Of a stretch of 57,131 nt of DNA, positions 8,787 through 19,679 are shown one piece after another; the first letter of the stretch is position 1; the number at the start of each line of letters is the position of its first letter. The notes under the pieces were generated by a model. It had not been told where the DNA came from. It saw only the letters and a program-made list of their open reading frames with translations, and made no database searches. The stretch is from a virus. Its lineage: Duplodnaviria; Caudoviricetes. Both the position numbers and the translations under genes were made by a program. The stretch spans positions 1 to 57,131 of the IMG/VR virus record IMGVR_UViG_3300002898_000197. The stretch is one strand, 5' to 3'.

Positions 8787-9065
8787 ATGAATAAACAAAA
8801 TTTTGTAAAAAGGTTATCAACTAATACGGGTGCAAGTCAAGCACAATCTAAAGAGTTTTTAGATATATTTTTAGATACAGTTACAGAAGTTTTAGCTGAG
8901 GGTGAAGATGTTAATTTTGTTGGCTTTGGTAAGTTTAGTGTGGCTGAGAGAGCTGAAAGAAAGGGTAGAAACCCACAAGACGGCTCGGAGATTATTTTAC
9001 CCGCGTCTAAATTACCAAAATTTAAAGCAGGAAAATCTTTGAAAGATGCAGTCAACGAATCATAA
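8787..9065 (+). CDS. hup: HU-family DNA-binding protein
   Basis: MNKQ...GFGKF...RKGRNPQ.G..I..PA...PKFKAGK.LKDAV signature. Confidence 0.96.
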   Translation: MNKQNFVKRLSTNTGASQAQSKEFLDIFLDTVTEVLAEGEDVNFVGFGKFSVAERAERKGRNPQDGSEIILPASKLPKFKAGKSLKDAVNES

Positions 9066-9092
9066 CAAGCAACAAATAAAATTATAAAAGGA

Positions 9093-9500
9093 ATGATAAG
9101 AATGAAAGAAAAAAATTTTTGTTGTATAGATAATTTTTTAGATGACCTATTTAATATGTATGGGTATGTTAATAAGTATGATTGTATCACTATTTATGCC
9201 AATGCAGATATAATTAGTGAGATATTTAGAAGTCTTGCATGGATAACATATGATGATGAGGATTTTGAAATAGGTCAGATTAATTTTGATTGTGATGGAC
9301 ATGATTACGATAAAGAATTTATACTTAGTATAAATGACGACAAGACTATATGGATTCAACCTGCTTGGGATGGATGCGTTGTAACTAAAGGTTGTGGCAT
9401 TGTTAATTATATTCATGCAGATTGTAATTCTAAAATATTAATTGAACTAGAAAATTGTAAACAAAAAGTTGCAATATTTGATTATGGAAAACACGAATAA
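9093..9500 (+). CDS. hypothetical protein
   Basis: ORF in operon with RBS. Confidence 0.7.
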   Translation: MIRMKEKNFCCIDNFLDDLFNMYGYVNKYDCITIYANADIISEIFRSLAWITYDDEDFEIGQINFDCDGHDYDKEFILSINDDKTIWIQPAWDGCVVTKGCGIVNYIHADCNSKILIELENCKQKVAIFDYGKHE

Positions 9501-9526
9501 TTATACATAAAATGAGGGTTTTATCT

Positions 9527-9561
9527 AGTCTGATAAATGTCAAAGTTTATCAGACTTTTTT
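9527..9561 (+). terminator. intrinsic terminator
   Basis: AGTCTGATAAA/TTTATCAGACT stem plus T run. Confidence 0.7.
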
Positions 9562-9584
9562 AATTAAAATAATATAAGAAAGGA

Positions 9585-10619
9585 GTGTCTAAAATGGCTA
9601 GAAAATCAAAGTATGATAAAGTTAGAGAAGCTATTAATGCTGCTCCTAAAATCAATACTGATGTAGATATAAATATAATACGAAGCAACACAAGAAAAGA
9701 TGAAAGAAAATATAAATGTTCATGTTGTGGAGACAGCTGGAAGGTTCAAAAAAGTAACTTCTCCGAGACTAAATCAATATTATATCAATCTAACAATGGG
9801 TTTATTACCATTTGTAATAAATGTCGTGATGAATATTACTATCAACTAATAGATTTGTTTAGTGGCAGTGAAGAAAAAGCCCTCGCACACATGTGTGTTC
9901 AGTTTGGTTGGTTTTTCCACGATATGGCTGTTGAAACTTCAAGGCAAACATCGACTGGAAGAAGTAGAATTGGAAATTACCTCGCTAAAATAAACCTAAA
10001 TCAGACATCTATGCATGGTGCAACTGATATAGACACTATAAAATTTGATTATAATAACAGAACTGAAGAAGTTATTGAATCTGCTGAACACTTAGAGGAA
10101 TTACAATCTAAAGGATTAAGCAATATATCCATAGATATTCTTGAAACATGGGGTTCAGGCTTTCCCGATATAGATTATAAAATTTTAAACGATCATTATA
10201 AAATGCTTAAAAAGTACAATCCTAACTGTGATAATAACCAAGAAATTTTTATCAAATCTCTTTGTCATTTAAATTTAATACAAACCAAAGCATTAAAGGA
10301 GAATGACACTACGGGTTACATTAAGGCAAATTCAGAATACGCAAAAACATTTAAGCAGGCTGGTTTAAAAACTATAGAGGAAAAGGATAATAGTAACGAT
10401 GCGACTGTAGGTGTGACATTAGCAACAATTGGCCAGTATACACCAGAAGAATATTATAAGGATAAAGATTTATATAAAGATTATGACAAGTTGGGTGAAT
10501 ATATTGAAAGGCACATGTGTAGACCTTTAAAAAATTTGCAACATGGTACTGACGAGAGAGATTTTGAATATTTTGTACCAGATTCTAATGACATCTTAGA
10601 TGGTGATGATGATGAATAA
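9585..10619 (+). CDS. YonG-like Zn-finger protein preceding the terminase (possible small-subunit equivalent)
   Basis: CSCC...CNKC Zn site; overlaps the terminase start; SPbeta synteny. Confidence 0.6.
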   Translation: MSKMARKSKYDKVREAINAAPKINTDVDINIIRSNTRKDERKYKCSCCGDSWKVQKSNFSETKSILYQSNNGFITICNKCRDEYYYQLIDLFSGSEEKALAHMCVQFGWFFHDMAVETSRQTSTGRSRIGNYLAKINLNQTSMHGATDIDTIKFDYNNRTEEVIESAEHLEELQSKGLSNISIDILETWGSGFPDIDYKILNDHYKMLKKYNPNCDNNQEIFIKSLCHLNLIQTKALKENDTTGYIKANSEYAKTFKQAGLKTIEEKDNSNDATVGVTLATIGQYTPEEYYKDKDLYKDYDKLGEYIERHMCRPLKNLQHGTDERDFEYFVPDSNDILDGDDDE

Positions 10620-12429
10620 AATGCAATATCCAGCAGATGAAAATCAGTTAGAATTATATAAGAAATTCCCAACTACACATTTTTTAAGTAATCCAATTAA
10701 CACTAGAAATATATTGGCATGGAGTACCTTTTGGCGTAGAAATATGCATAGGTTTGCAGAGGATTATTTGCAAATATCTCTATATGAATATCAACAGATA
10801 GCCTTATATGAAATGGGAAATTCAAGTCTTATCTGTATTATCGCCAGTAGAAATAATGCAAAGTCTTTTATGATAGCTCTATACGGTTGTTGTAGGGCTA
10901 TTTTATATCCAGGTACTAAAGTTGTAATAGGATCTGCCACAAGGGGTCAAAGTAAGCTTATTGTAACAGAAAAGATTGAAAATGAATTAATGGAATGGTC
11001 ACCTCAACTTAGACGAGAAATTCAAGATGTTAAGCGAAATGGTCAAGAGGTTTCTGTTAAATTTCATAATGGCTCTACTATTACTGTGTTTACAGCCAAT
11101 GATAATGCCAGAGGTCTAAGAAGTCATACTGCTATTCGTGAAGAGTTTAGACAAATAGACCAAAAGATTGACAATAAAGTAATATCACCTTTCCAAACTG
11201 TAAGGAATCGTCCTTATATAAAACTAGAATATTACAAAGACATAAAAATCCTTAAAGAAGAGCCAGTTGACATTTATCTTTCATCATCATGGCACGATTT
11301 AAGTCATTGGATGTGGGGAATTGTAGATGGTGCTTACGAAGGTATGTTAAAAGGTGATGGTAGCGTGCTTTTAGCATTTGACGAAAGTGTAACTATAAAG
11401 CACGGATTAAAAACAATGAACTATTTAATTAGGGAGAAAAAGAAACAAGACCCTGTAACATGGAAGGTCGAGTTCTTAAATTTAAAAGTTAAGGATTCGG
11501 CGTCTTCGTTTTTTACATATTCATTGCTTACTAAAAGACAAACACTTAGACAAGTATTTTATCCCCGTGATACAGAAAGCTTTAGGCGTAAGAAAAAAAA
11601 TAAGTATGCTATTCCAAAGCAAGATGGTGAAGTTAGAGTTATCTCGTGTGATATTTCTTTTGTTCAAGGAGAGCAAAACGATAATTCTGTTTACTCTTGT
11701 ATACGTGGAATGCCTGAGAGTATGACATATGAAACAGAAGTGGCAAATAAAACAGAAGTTGAAATAAAGCAAGGCTATCGTAGAGAGTATGTGTATATTG
11801 AATCAAACCAAATAGGTGACACGACTAAGCAAGCAATAAGAATTAGAGAGCTATACGATGACTTTGACGCTGATTATATCGTTATTGATGCTAGAAATGC
11901 TGGTGTGCAGATAATTTATTCTCTTGGAAAAATTCTATATAACGAATCAAGAGGTGTGGAATATGAGCCATTAAAAACTATGAATAATGATGCTTATGCC
12001 GATGTTGTTAAAAATCCAAATGCTAAGTCCGTTATTTATGCAATAAATGCAACACAACAATTAAATAGTGATATAGCCTATTCTTTCAGAAGGGGATTAA
12101 CAGAAAATAAAATTGACCTTCTATTAAATTATAATATTGCTAAAGAAGAAATTCTTGATGAAAATAAAGATTATGTTAATGAAACTGATTTAGATAAACA
12201 GCTTTCTTATGAAGTTCCTTTTTTAGAAACACAGTTGATGATTAATGAATGTTCGGAATTATTGTATGAAAAGTCACCACAAACAGGTGCTATAAAAATC
12301 TTTGAGCATGGCGGAAATAGAAAAGATAGATATAGTAGTGCTAGTTATGGCAACTACTTTCTAGATCAATTAGAACTAGACTTATTATCTGATAGTTCAG
12401 ATTATGAATTTTGTACATTTATAAATTAA
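10600..12429 (+). CDS. terminase large subunit
   Basis: LYEYQ adenine-binding motif, Walker A variant ASRNNAKS, ARGLR, Walker B IREE, nuclease motifs SCDIS, IVID and KDRYS. Confidence 0.9.
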   Translation: MVMMMNKMQYPADENQLELYKKFPTTHFLSNPINTRNILAWSTFWRRNMHRFAEDYLQISLYEYQQIALYEMGNSSLICIIASRNNAKSFMIALYGCCRAILYPGTKVVIGSATRGQSKLIVTEKIENELMEWSPQLRREIQDVKRNGQEVSVKFHNGSTITVFTANDNARGLRSHTAIREEFRQIDQKIDNKVISPFQTVRNRPYIKLEYYKDIKILKEEPVDIYLSSSWHDLSHWMWGIVDGAYEGMLKGDGSVLLAFDESVTIKHGLKTMNYLIREKKKQDPVTWKVEFLNLKVKDSASSFFTYSLLTKRQTLRQVFYPRDTESFRRKKKNKYAIPKQDGEVRVISCDISFVQGEQNDNSVYSCIRGMPESMTYETEVANKTEVEIKQGYRREYVYIESNQIGDTTKQAIRIRELYDDFDADYIVIDARNAGVQIIYSLGKILYNESRGVEYEPLKTMNNDAYADVVKNPNAKSVIYAINATQQLNSDIAYSFRRGLTENKIDLLLNYNIAKEEILDENKDYVNETDLDKQLSYEVPFLETQLMINECSELLYEKSPQTGAIKIFEHGGNRKDRYSSASYGNYFLDQLELDLLSDSSDYEFCTFIN

Positions 12430-12456
12430 ATTAAATAATAAAACCCAAAAGGGGAG

Positions 12457-14034
12457 GTGATTTACTTGGCAAAGGATATAAATAAATCTCAACAAGAAAA
12501 ACGTGAAGAATCATATGAATTTAACTCATATAATACTTTTCAGAATTTTGAAAGTATATTTGGCTTTAGCCTAATTGAAGATTATTCACAAGAAGAAATT
12601 AGTGGTATAGTACAGAATCCTATACAAAACCATTCTCAAGCTAGACAGCTTAGTAAGGTGGTTTATAACAAATCTGGTGTTATATCAAATGTAATAGATT
12701 ATATGGTTTCACTGCCATGTTTAGATAGAATAATCACATCTAGTGGAAAAAATAAAAAAAAAGTAGATAAGAACAAAGAGTTAATGCTCTCAACTTTAGA
12801 AACTATAAAAGACAAGTCATTTATTAGAGATGCTTTATTTAGAGATATGCTAGATGGCATATGTTTTTATTATTTTGAAACTACTTCTACTACTCCTAAT
12901 AATGTTAAATTTTTAAGTGATTATGAAGTAGAAAATATTTTTGAAATTAATGACCTAGGTCTTAACTCTTCTATAATATCTCTTCCGTATGAACACACTA
13001 AGATAGTTGGTAGTAAAAATAGTAGATATGTAATAGCTTTTAATTTGGATTATTTTAAAAAATTCTCTGGCAACGAGTTAATAGGCAAACTACGCAAATT
13101 TCCTAAAGAAATTCGTGATGGTTATTATAAAAATGAGAATAGTAAAGTTAGTAAAAGCTGGTTAGTATTAGATAACAGTAAGACCATAGTACATAAAATT
13201 AAATCAGAAATAAGTGAACCATGGGGTAGACCTTTATCTATTAGTGCATTGGATGACTTAATATATCAAGATTATTTTGTAAGTACCAAGAGGAACGTAT
13301 TAAATGAGTTAAATAATCAAATCTTATATCAAACATTTCCAGAGGGCGAAAAAAAAGGTACTTCATCGTTAACTGGAAAACAACAAAAAGACCAGCATAA
13401 TACTGTCAAAGATGCTGTAATGAAGAAAAACAATAAAGGTGGTACAAGCTTTTTTAGTGTTGCGGCTGGTACAAAATTAGACTCAATTAAGGTGTCCACC
13501 GATATATTTGATGAAAAAAATGAAGCTAGTCTAAATGACCAAGTTGCACTTGATGTGGGTATGGCGGCGAGTTTATTAAATGGTTCTAGTAGTGGTAACT
13601 ACTCTTCCCAACAAAATAACCTTGACTTAATATTTTCACAAGTATACTCATGGATTGAGGAACTTCGTGATGAATTAAATACTGTTATAAATAAGAATAT
13701 TATTAAAGACAGAAAAAACAAGGTTAACGTCTATTATCTACCTACTTCACTAACCAATAGAAAGCAAACATTTGAGTATATGAAATCTTTATATACTGAG
13801 TGTTCAGGTAGTTTGCAAGCTGTTATTGCGGCTAGTGGTTTTAATGTTGAGGCATATTTATCACTAATGGACGAAGAGGTTGAAAAAGGATTTGATGAAA
13901 AATATAAACCTCATCAGACAAGCTATACAATGAGTAAAGGTGGTAGACCAGAAAATGCAAACTCGACAAACCCTAACACACAACAATCAAGGGCTAATGG
14001 GAGTAGTAAAACCCCAAAACCATCAAACAAGTAA
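12457..14034 (+). CDS. portal protein
   Basis: ~520 aa following the terminase; C-terminal GGRP motif typical of SPbeta-like portals; probable start TTG 12466. Confidence 0.8.
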   Translation: MIYLAKDINKSQQEKREESYEFNSYNTFQNFESIFGFSLIEDYSQEEISGIVQNPIQNHSQARQLSKVVYNKSGVISNVIDYMVSLPCLDRIITSSGKNKKKVDKNKELMLSTLETIKDKSFIRDALFRDMLDGICFYYFETTSTTPNNVKFLSDYEVENIFEINDLGLNSSIISLPYEHTKIVGSKNSRYVIAFNLDYFKKFSGNELIGKLRKFPKEIRDGYYKNENSKVSKSWLVLDNSKTIVHKIKSEISEPWGRPLSISALDDLIYQDYFVSTKRNVLNELNNQILYQTFPEGEKKGTSSLTGKQQKDQHNTVKDAVMKKNNKGGTSFFSVAAGTKLDSIKVSTDIFDEKNEASLNDQVALDVGMAASLLNGSSSGNYSSQQNNLDLIFSQVYSWIEELRDELNTVINKNIIKDRKNKVNVYYLPTSLTNRKQTFEYMKSLYTECSGSLQAVIAASGFNVEAYLSLMDEEVEKGFDEKYKPHQTSYTMSKGGRPENANSTNPNTQQSRANGSSKTPKPSNK

Positions 14035-14129
14035 TTGCTTATAATAATTTGAATTGTTATAAGTTTACATATATTTAGTTGAAAAAGTTAAAAATCAAAT
14101 ATGATAAGAAAGGCAGGTGATTTGGCTAA

Positions 14130-15296
14130 GTGAAAAAATTTGAATTATCAAACAAGCAAAATAAAAATGGTAGACGACCTTTTAAAGTTATTCTTTATGA
14201 AGTATATCCAGATGATTGTATTATTAATAATACAGGAACTAAATACAACGGAAATGGTATTACGTGGATTAAAGAATATTGTGAATCCCAACTAGACAGT
14301 ATTTCTGGCATGTCATTGACGGTTGAGTTTATTAACGATGAAAGAACCGAAATTGCTGGGCATGGAGATACAGGTGTTGATGATGGCTTGCCAGTATTCG
14401 ACAATGCTACTATGATTGGCTCTTTTACTAAAGGATATATAGAAAATGTTGAAGTTCAAGTGGATGAAAACACCGTAGAGACTAAAATATTTTGTATTGC
14501 TGAGGGTACTATTGATGAAATGAGATATAAACCTTTTGTCGATGAACTTGAAACAAAAATTAACAATGGAGAAAGTATTTATGGTAGTGTAGAGATTTAT
14601 AAAAAAGATGATAATAGTGGGATTGTTTATTTAGATGGCTGGAAACAAAAAGGTAGAATCCCCACAATATTTAATCATAGTGGATTTGCATTGCTTGGAA
14701 TTAAACCTGCCGACACATCAGCCACATTATTAGAATTAAATAAGAAGGAGGAACAAGAGGTTATGGATGAGAAACAATTACAAGAATTAATAAACAGAGT
14801 AAACGAAACTCTAGTTGAAACTAATTCTAAAAACAACGATTATACTGCTCAAATTTCTGAACTAAATGTACAGATTGAAGAAAAAGATAACACTATTTCT
14901 GAACTTAATGCAAGTGTAGAGCAAATTCAAAAGGCACTTAATGATATTGAAGAAGAGAGAAAAGGGTGGTGGGAAGAAAAAGAAGCTCTAGTAAAGGCAT
15001 TGGGCGAAGCTAAGGCTGCAAAAAGACTAAGTGAATTAAATGAAGCACTCTCCGATTTTACCGAAGATGAGCAAAATTATGCAAAAGAAGAAATTGATGC
15101 CTTTAAAGAAGCCCCAGTAGAGACAGAAATTAATTCAATTATCACTAAGATTTACGCTGAAATTGGCAAAAAGGAAAAAGAAGAACAAGTTATTAATGAA
15201 AAAAATAGTGCTCAAGACGAAGAAAATGATGTAGAAGATATTTTTTCTGAAATCAATGAGGGTGCTGACAATGAAGACGATGTCTCAATATTTTAA
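14130..15296 (+). CDS. prohead protease/scaffold protein
   Basis: Globular N-terminus (GHG, GSVEI, LLGIKPAD) plus acidic coiled-coil C-terminus; located between portal and capsid. Confidence 0.7.
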   Translation: MKKFELSNKQNKNGRRPFKVILYEVYPDDCIINNTGTKYNGNGITWIKEYCESQLDSISGMSLTVEFINDERTEIAGHGDTGVDDGLPVFDNATMIGSFTKGYIENVEVQVDENTVETKIFCIAEGTIDEMRYKPFVDELETKINNGESIYGSVEIYKKDDNSGIVYLDGWKQKGRIPTIFNHSGFALLGIKPADTSATLLELNKKEEQEVMDEKQLQELINRVNETLVETNSKNNDYTAQISELNVQIEEKDNTISELNASVEQIQKALNDIEEERKGWWEEKEALVKALGEAKAAKRLSELNEALSDFTEDEQNYAKEEIDAFKEAPVETEINSIITKIYAEIGKKEKEEQVINEKNSAQDEENDVEDIFSEINEGADNEDDVSIF

Positions 15297-15324
15297 TTAG
15301 AAAAATAAAAGGAGGAATAATATT

Positions 15325-15750
15325 ATGTTAAAACCAAGAACAATAGGTATGCTAGAAAAATATGACGTTTTTACTAGCGTTAAAGCTGATGCTGAATATG
15401 TAAATGGTACTTTTGGTACTGTAGCTGACGGAGTTTTTACTGCTGGTGCAGGTGGTTATGTAATCATGCAAAAAGGTAAAGGGGACACATTATATACTGA
15501 TTTTACTGTTGTAGCTGATGAAGATATTAGAGTTGCAGACGTAGCGAAATGGGTAGGTAAGCAATTAGAGGTTTCCCCATTACATATTGAAGGCGAGTTT
15601 ACTAAAGGCGATACATTAATTGTAAACGCAACAGGTAAGTTGGCAGTTGGCGATGCTGTAGCTGGTAATGTGTATTTTGAAGTTGAAGAAGTTATAAACT
15701 TTGATGGTGTTGGTGCATTACTAACGATTGCTGAAGAACCAGCAGTATAA
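15325..15750 (+). CDS. capsid decoration/cement protein
   Basis: 141 aa, Gly/Val/Ala-rich, immediately before the major capsid gene. Confidence 0.6.
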   Translation: MLKPRTIGMLEKYDVFTSVKADAEYVNGTFGTVADGVFTAGAGGYVIMQKGKGDTLYTDFTVVADEDIRVADVAKWVGKQLEVSPLHIEGEFTKGDTLIVNATGKLAVGDAVAGNVYFEVEEVINFDGVGALLTIAEEPAV

Positions 15751-15778
15751 TTAAAAAAAATAAAAAGGAGGAAAGAAT

Positions 15779-16870
15779 ATGTATACATTTGAAATAAATA
15801 ATAAAAGAGAAGACTCTGTAAATTTTAGTGGTAAGTTTACAAACAAGTCTCCTGTTGTTGAAATCTTTTCAGCGATGGTAGACGGAAAAGAAATGGGAAA
15901 ATACGGTAAGCAAGGCGATAAGGCTATTAAGTATATTAAAAATTTAGGAGAAAGAGCTGAAAATGGCGATACTACTGCTATTTCTGAATTAAATACTTTA
16001 AGAAGATTTGTTATTGAACCAATATTACTACAAGAAATGAAATTACTAGGAATCTTTGGTAAATATACACCACTTGCTTTCGGCGAAACTGTGGAAGTTG
16101 AAACTTACAAACATATGGGTAATGTAGCGACTAGACAAGCAGAAGGTGTTGACGTTGCTTTCCCTACTATTAAAAAAGATAAATACCAAGTAGCTACTCA
16201 AATCGTTTCTGGTGGCTATTCTGTTAACTATCGTCAACTTGCTTTAGGCGATATGGCTAAAGAAAACGAAGGTATGGAGCAGGTTAGAATTCAAATCAGA
16301 AATAACGCTTCAAGATATGTTATGGAGACTGTAATTGACGCTATTAATAACACTAAAGGTGTTAAGTATGTATTTGAGGGTGCTGGATTAACTAAGACTG
16401 GCGCTGATGAAATATTAACAAAAGTTAGACGCTTTGGTAAGCCAAACGTAATTGGTGACTATGCTCTTCTTTCTCAATTTAACGCTTTTGCAGGTTATTC
16501 AGGAGAAATTGGTGGCAATGCTATTACAGGTATTTCTCAAAAACAATTAGATGCTATCGCTGAAAATGGTATTATTGGCTCATATAACGGTAGTGCATTA
16601 AGTGAGATTTCTAATGGATATGATTTTACTACTATGGACGGGGATAACTTTGCTACTATCCTACCTACTGGGTACGGTTTTGTAGTTCCTACAGGTGCAA
16701 ATTCTCCTATTAAAACATTTACTCGTGGTGGATTAACTTCTTTCACAGGCAATAGTGTTACTACTGGTGATGTATTAACAAGATTTGACTTAGAAATCGC
16801 TGCTGATGTTGCTCGTGGTAGAGAATACGAAGTTGGTATGCTAATTGATACTAATTTAACTACTTTATAG
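15779..16870 (+). CDS. major capsid protein
   Basis: 363 aa, strong RBS aaggagg, highly-expressed codon usage, head-module position. Confidence 0.8.
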   Translation: MYTFEINNKREDSVNFSGKFTNKSPVVEIFSAMVDGKEMGKYGKQGDKAIKYIKNLGERAENGDTTAISELNTLRRFVIEPILLQEMKLLGIFGKYTPLAFGETVEVETYKHMGNVATRQAEGVDVAFPTIKKDKYQVATQIVSGGYSVNYRQLALGDMAKENEGMEQVRIQIRNNASRYVMETVIDAINNTKGVKYVFEGAGLTKTGADEILTKVRRFGKPNVIGDYALLSQFNAFAGYSGEIGGNAITGISQKQLDAIAENGIIGSYNGSALSEISNGYDFTTMDGDNFATILPTGYGFVVPTGANSPIKTFTRGGLTSFTGNSVTTGDVLTRFDLEIAADVARGREYEVGMLIDTNLTTL

Positions 16871-16892
16871 AAAAGTTAAAAATAAAATGTTA

Positions 16893-16917
16893 AGGGTAGT
16901 TTTATACTACCCTTTTT
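16893..16917 (+). terminator. intrinsic terminator after the capsid gene
   Basis: AGGGTAGT/ACTACCTT stem plus T run. Confidence 0.7.
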
Positions 16918-16936
16918 CATGAATAGTTGGTGATAT

Positions 16937-17119
16937 ATGAGTAATAAATATTTTTATTGTTATTCAAGAAGGCTGATGTTCTTCTTGAGATCTATGAAAT
17001 TTAGTTATTACACTACTGGTGTTAATTCAAATACTGATGTTAAATATTGGACTTTTGAAAAATCTGCTAGGCTTGATAATGCATTGGAGTTATGGTCACA
17101 GGTCAAACACTCTGTATAG
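16937..17119 (+). CDS. small hypothetical protein (DUF5659-like)
   Basis: YFYCYS..L..FL...YW.F pattern. Confidence 0.55.
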   Translation: MSNKYFYCYSRRLMFFLRSMKFSYYTTGVNSNTDVKYWTFEKSARLDNALELWSQVKHSV

Positions 17120-17162
17120 TTTAAAGATGAAGATATATATATAGTTGAAAAGGAGAAGTTAA

Positions 17163-17633
17163 ATGGCAAATGAATTAAATTTAGATACAAAAGTTACATT
17201 AAGAAATCTTGCAAATTGGACTGTAGGGTTTAAGAGGATAGAGTCTAATGGTGATTGTAGTATTCCAGCAAAGGGAACAACGAGAGTCACAAGAAATGAG
17301 GTTATTGCACAAGTGCAAAATGGCAATAAACTACTTGCTGGCGTGGACAACATAGGCTCTCATGCTACCGTTATTATCCAAGATGCACCCACTAGAGTTG
17401 AACTTGACTTTGAATCTGAAGATGGTAAAAAAAAACAACGTGTGCTTACTGATGATGTTGTAAAAACTATGTTTGAATATAAAACCATGAAAACATTTGA
17501 AAAACACTTAGAAGAAAATGTTGTTACTCGTGCTGAAAAGTTTGCAATAATAGAATATGTTAAAAATCTTAATCTAAATGATTATGAAAAAATTAGAGCA
17601 GTAGAGAAGCACACTGGGTTAAAAGTTGATTAA
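17163..17633 (+). CDS. hypothetical virion-morphogenesis protein
   Basis: RBS aaggag; position after the capsid gene. Confidence 0.65.
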   Translation: MANELNLDTKVTLRNLANWTVGFKRIESNGDCSIPAKGTTRVTRNEVIAQVQNGNKLLAGVDNIGSHATVIIQDAPTRVELDFESEDGKKKQRVLTDDVVKTMFEYKTMKTFEKHLEENVVTRAEKFAIIEYVKNLNLNDYEKIRAVEKHTGLKVD

Positions 17634-17655
17634 AGAGAGGATGGTGTGATAAACA

Positions 17656-18045
17656 ATGAACACCACTTATGAACAAGTGTTGGAAAGTTTTGAAAGCACC
17701 TTCCAGCATAAAACTCAACTACCATCTGAACTTATAGAACAGTGGTTTAAGGATTCTGTTTCTGAATATGAATTAGAAATTGAAGAATTGGATTATAATT
17801 GGAGTGGTAGTGAGTTTAATAAAGAACTTAAACAATATGAAATTAGGTCGATAGCACTAATGATGAAGATTAAATACTGTACAAGAGAACTTAGTAGGGT
17901 TAATAAGCTAAACAATATTATTGGAAAAGATTTAAGTTTAAATTCTACTGGTGATAGTAAGAAGTATACTATGTCTGAGTTGATTAATGAAATTGAAAAT
18001 TTGAAAGAGCTACTAAACAAACAGAAAACTACTGCTTATTTATAA
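17656..18045 (+). CDS. putative head-tail adaptor
   Basis: Size, helical content and synteny. Confidence 0.55.
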   Translation: MNTTYEQVLESFESTFQHKTQLPSELIEQWFKDSVSEYELEIEELDYNWSGSEFNKELKQYEIRSIALMMKIKYCTRELSRVNKLNNIIGKDLSLNSTGDSKKYTMSELINEIENLKELLNKQKTTAYL

Positions 18046-18057
18046 TGGAGGTGAACT

Positions 18058-19080
18058 ATGGCAAAAGATTGGTATTTAATAGGTAATTCTCCTATTTATA
18101 ATAGTGGCTTTGAAAATGATGAATTTCAGCAGTATAAAGATAGCGGTTTGGATGATATATTAAACTCTCCTATCTCTAGCTCTGTACAAATAGTTGACAA
18201 TGACCTAAATGTAGTATCTGATATACGTGCTGTGGTTCAGAATAACTTAGCTGATACACCATCTAGCACATTGCAGAGACGTATTATGACTAAAATTGGA
18301 ACACTAAATAGTCAAGATTATATTAAATATGATAATAAAATATATTTGATTAATTCAATTGTGGGAAATAATCAGTGGTATGAAAAGGCGATTATGCAGT
18401 ATTGCAACTTCACCCTTAAATTCCAATCTTCAGATGGCATTATCCACTCTTACCCTTGCATTGTGGATAATAGGGTGCAAGGTACAGGTGACACTGACAC
18501 AAAAACTATGACATTACCTTCTGGCAGAAAGATTATTTTGATACCATATAATGAACATACAATATTACTACGCAATGATAAGCGATTATTTGTTGATATA
18601 CATCCTACTCATCCTATGCCATACAAAATTGACTTTGTAGATAGTACAAAATTTAATTATGGTGATAAAGGATTATTGGAAATTTATGTGAGTGAGGATG
18701 CGTTGAGAAAAAATACTGATAGACCAGATTTAGGTGTATGCGATTATTTTAATCCTAGTGAGGAAGTCGAATCACCTGTTGAGGGGTATTCATATGCGAC
18801 TATAACGTGTAGTGGTGATTTGATAGCTGGTGGTGTTACACGCACAATTACACCAACATTTTATGAGGCAGATTCTACTATTAATAATACAATTATTCCT
18901 GTTTGGGATATTGTATTACCATTAGGTTATGAAGACCAATTCGTTATTACATATGTAGACAATCAAGTTAAGATTAAAGTGGCTGAAAACTATGACTTAA
19001 TTGAGAAAACTATTACGTTTAATGTAATGGGACATGATGGCGGATATGGTGGAAATTTAACTTTAATAATTACTATATAA
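18058..19080 (+). CDS. putative head-closure protein with C-terminal Ig-like domain
   Basis: Synteny; beta-rich C-terminus. Confidence 0.5.
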   Translation: MAKDWYLIGNSPIYNSGFENDEFQQYKDSGLDDILNSPISSSVQIVDNDLNVVSDIRAVVQNNLADTPSSTLQRRIMTKIGTLNSQDYIKYDNKIYLINSIVGNNQWYEKAIMQYCNFTLKFQSSDGIIHSYPCIVDNRVQGTGDTDTKTMTLPSGRKIILIPYNEHTILLRNDKRLFVDIHPTHPMPYKIDFVDSTKFNYGDKGLLEIYVSEDALRKNTDRPDLGVCDYFNPSEEVESPVEGYSYATITCSGDLIAGGVTRTITPTFYEADSTINNTIIPVWDIVLPLGYEDQFVITYVDNQVKIKVAENYDLIEKTITFNVMGHDGGYGGNLTLIITI

Positions 19081-19094
19081 GGAGGTGGCAAACA

Positions 19095-19679
19095 TTGAAC
19101 TTTTATGAACTTGGCAAATATAAGGAAAAAATAATTAATATGTTTGTCGCTAATGAAGATATTGTAAATTTAGTTATATCAAAACCAGACGATAATCGTT
19201 TTGAACTTGGAGATAATTTTTTAGGTGGTAAATATAAAGCAGTGAAAGATGGTATAGAAGAAAAAGTCAATTTAATTGGTCATTGTTTTGATGTTCCATT
19301 TATTTATGCTTCAATATTTGACAATAGAAGTGCGATTTGTATAGATACCACAATCTCAAGAGCCGAAGGAGAATCTATTAAAGAGATGACAGTATCCATT
19401 GAAATAATGTGTCATAAAACTAACTTAAAATTAGATACCCAAGATAGGGCAAAATATATTAAAAAAGGGTTGTCTGGAAATCGTTTAGATATGATAGTTC
19501 AAGAAGTAGGATTACAATTAAACAGTAGTAGAGAGTTTGGAATAGGTAGATTCAAAGTATCTCCTAGAAATCCTGTTAGATCATATTTTCCCAATAATGA
19601 TTATTTTGGAAAAGTATTGACTTATACTTGTGAGGATTTTATGACAGACTACTCAAAGAGGTCACTATATGGAAATTGA
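19095..19679 (+). CDS. putative tail terminator/completion protein
   Basis: NRLDMI...GIG pattern; synteny. Confidence 0.5.
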   Translation: MNFYELGKYKEKIINMFVANEDIVNLVISKPDDNRFELGDNFLGGKYKAVKDGIEEKVNLIGHCFDVPFIYASIFDNRSAICIDTTISRAEGESIKEMTVSIEIMCHKTNLKLDTQDRAKYIKKGLSGNRLDMIVQEVGLQLNSSREFGIGRFKVSPRNPVRSYFPNNDYFGKVLTYTCEDFMTDYSKRSLYGN

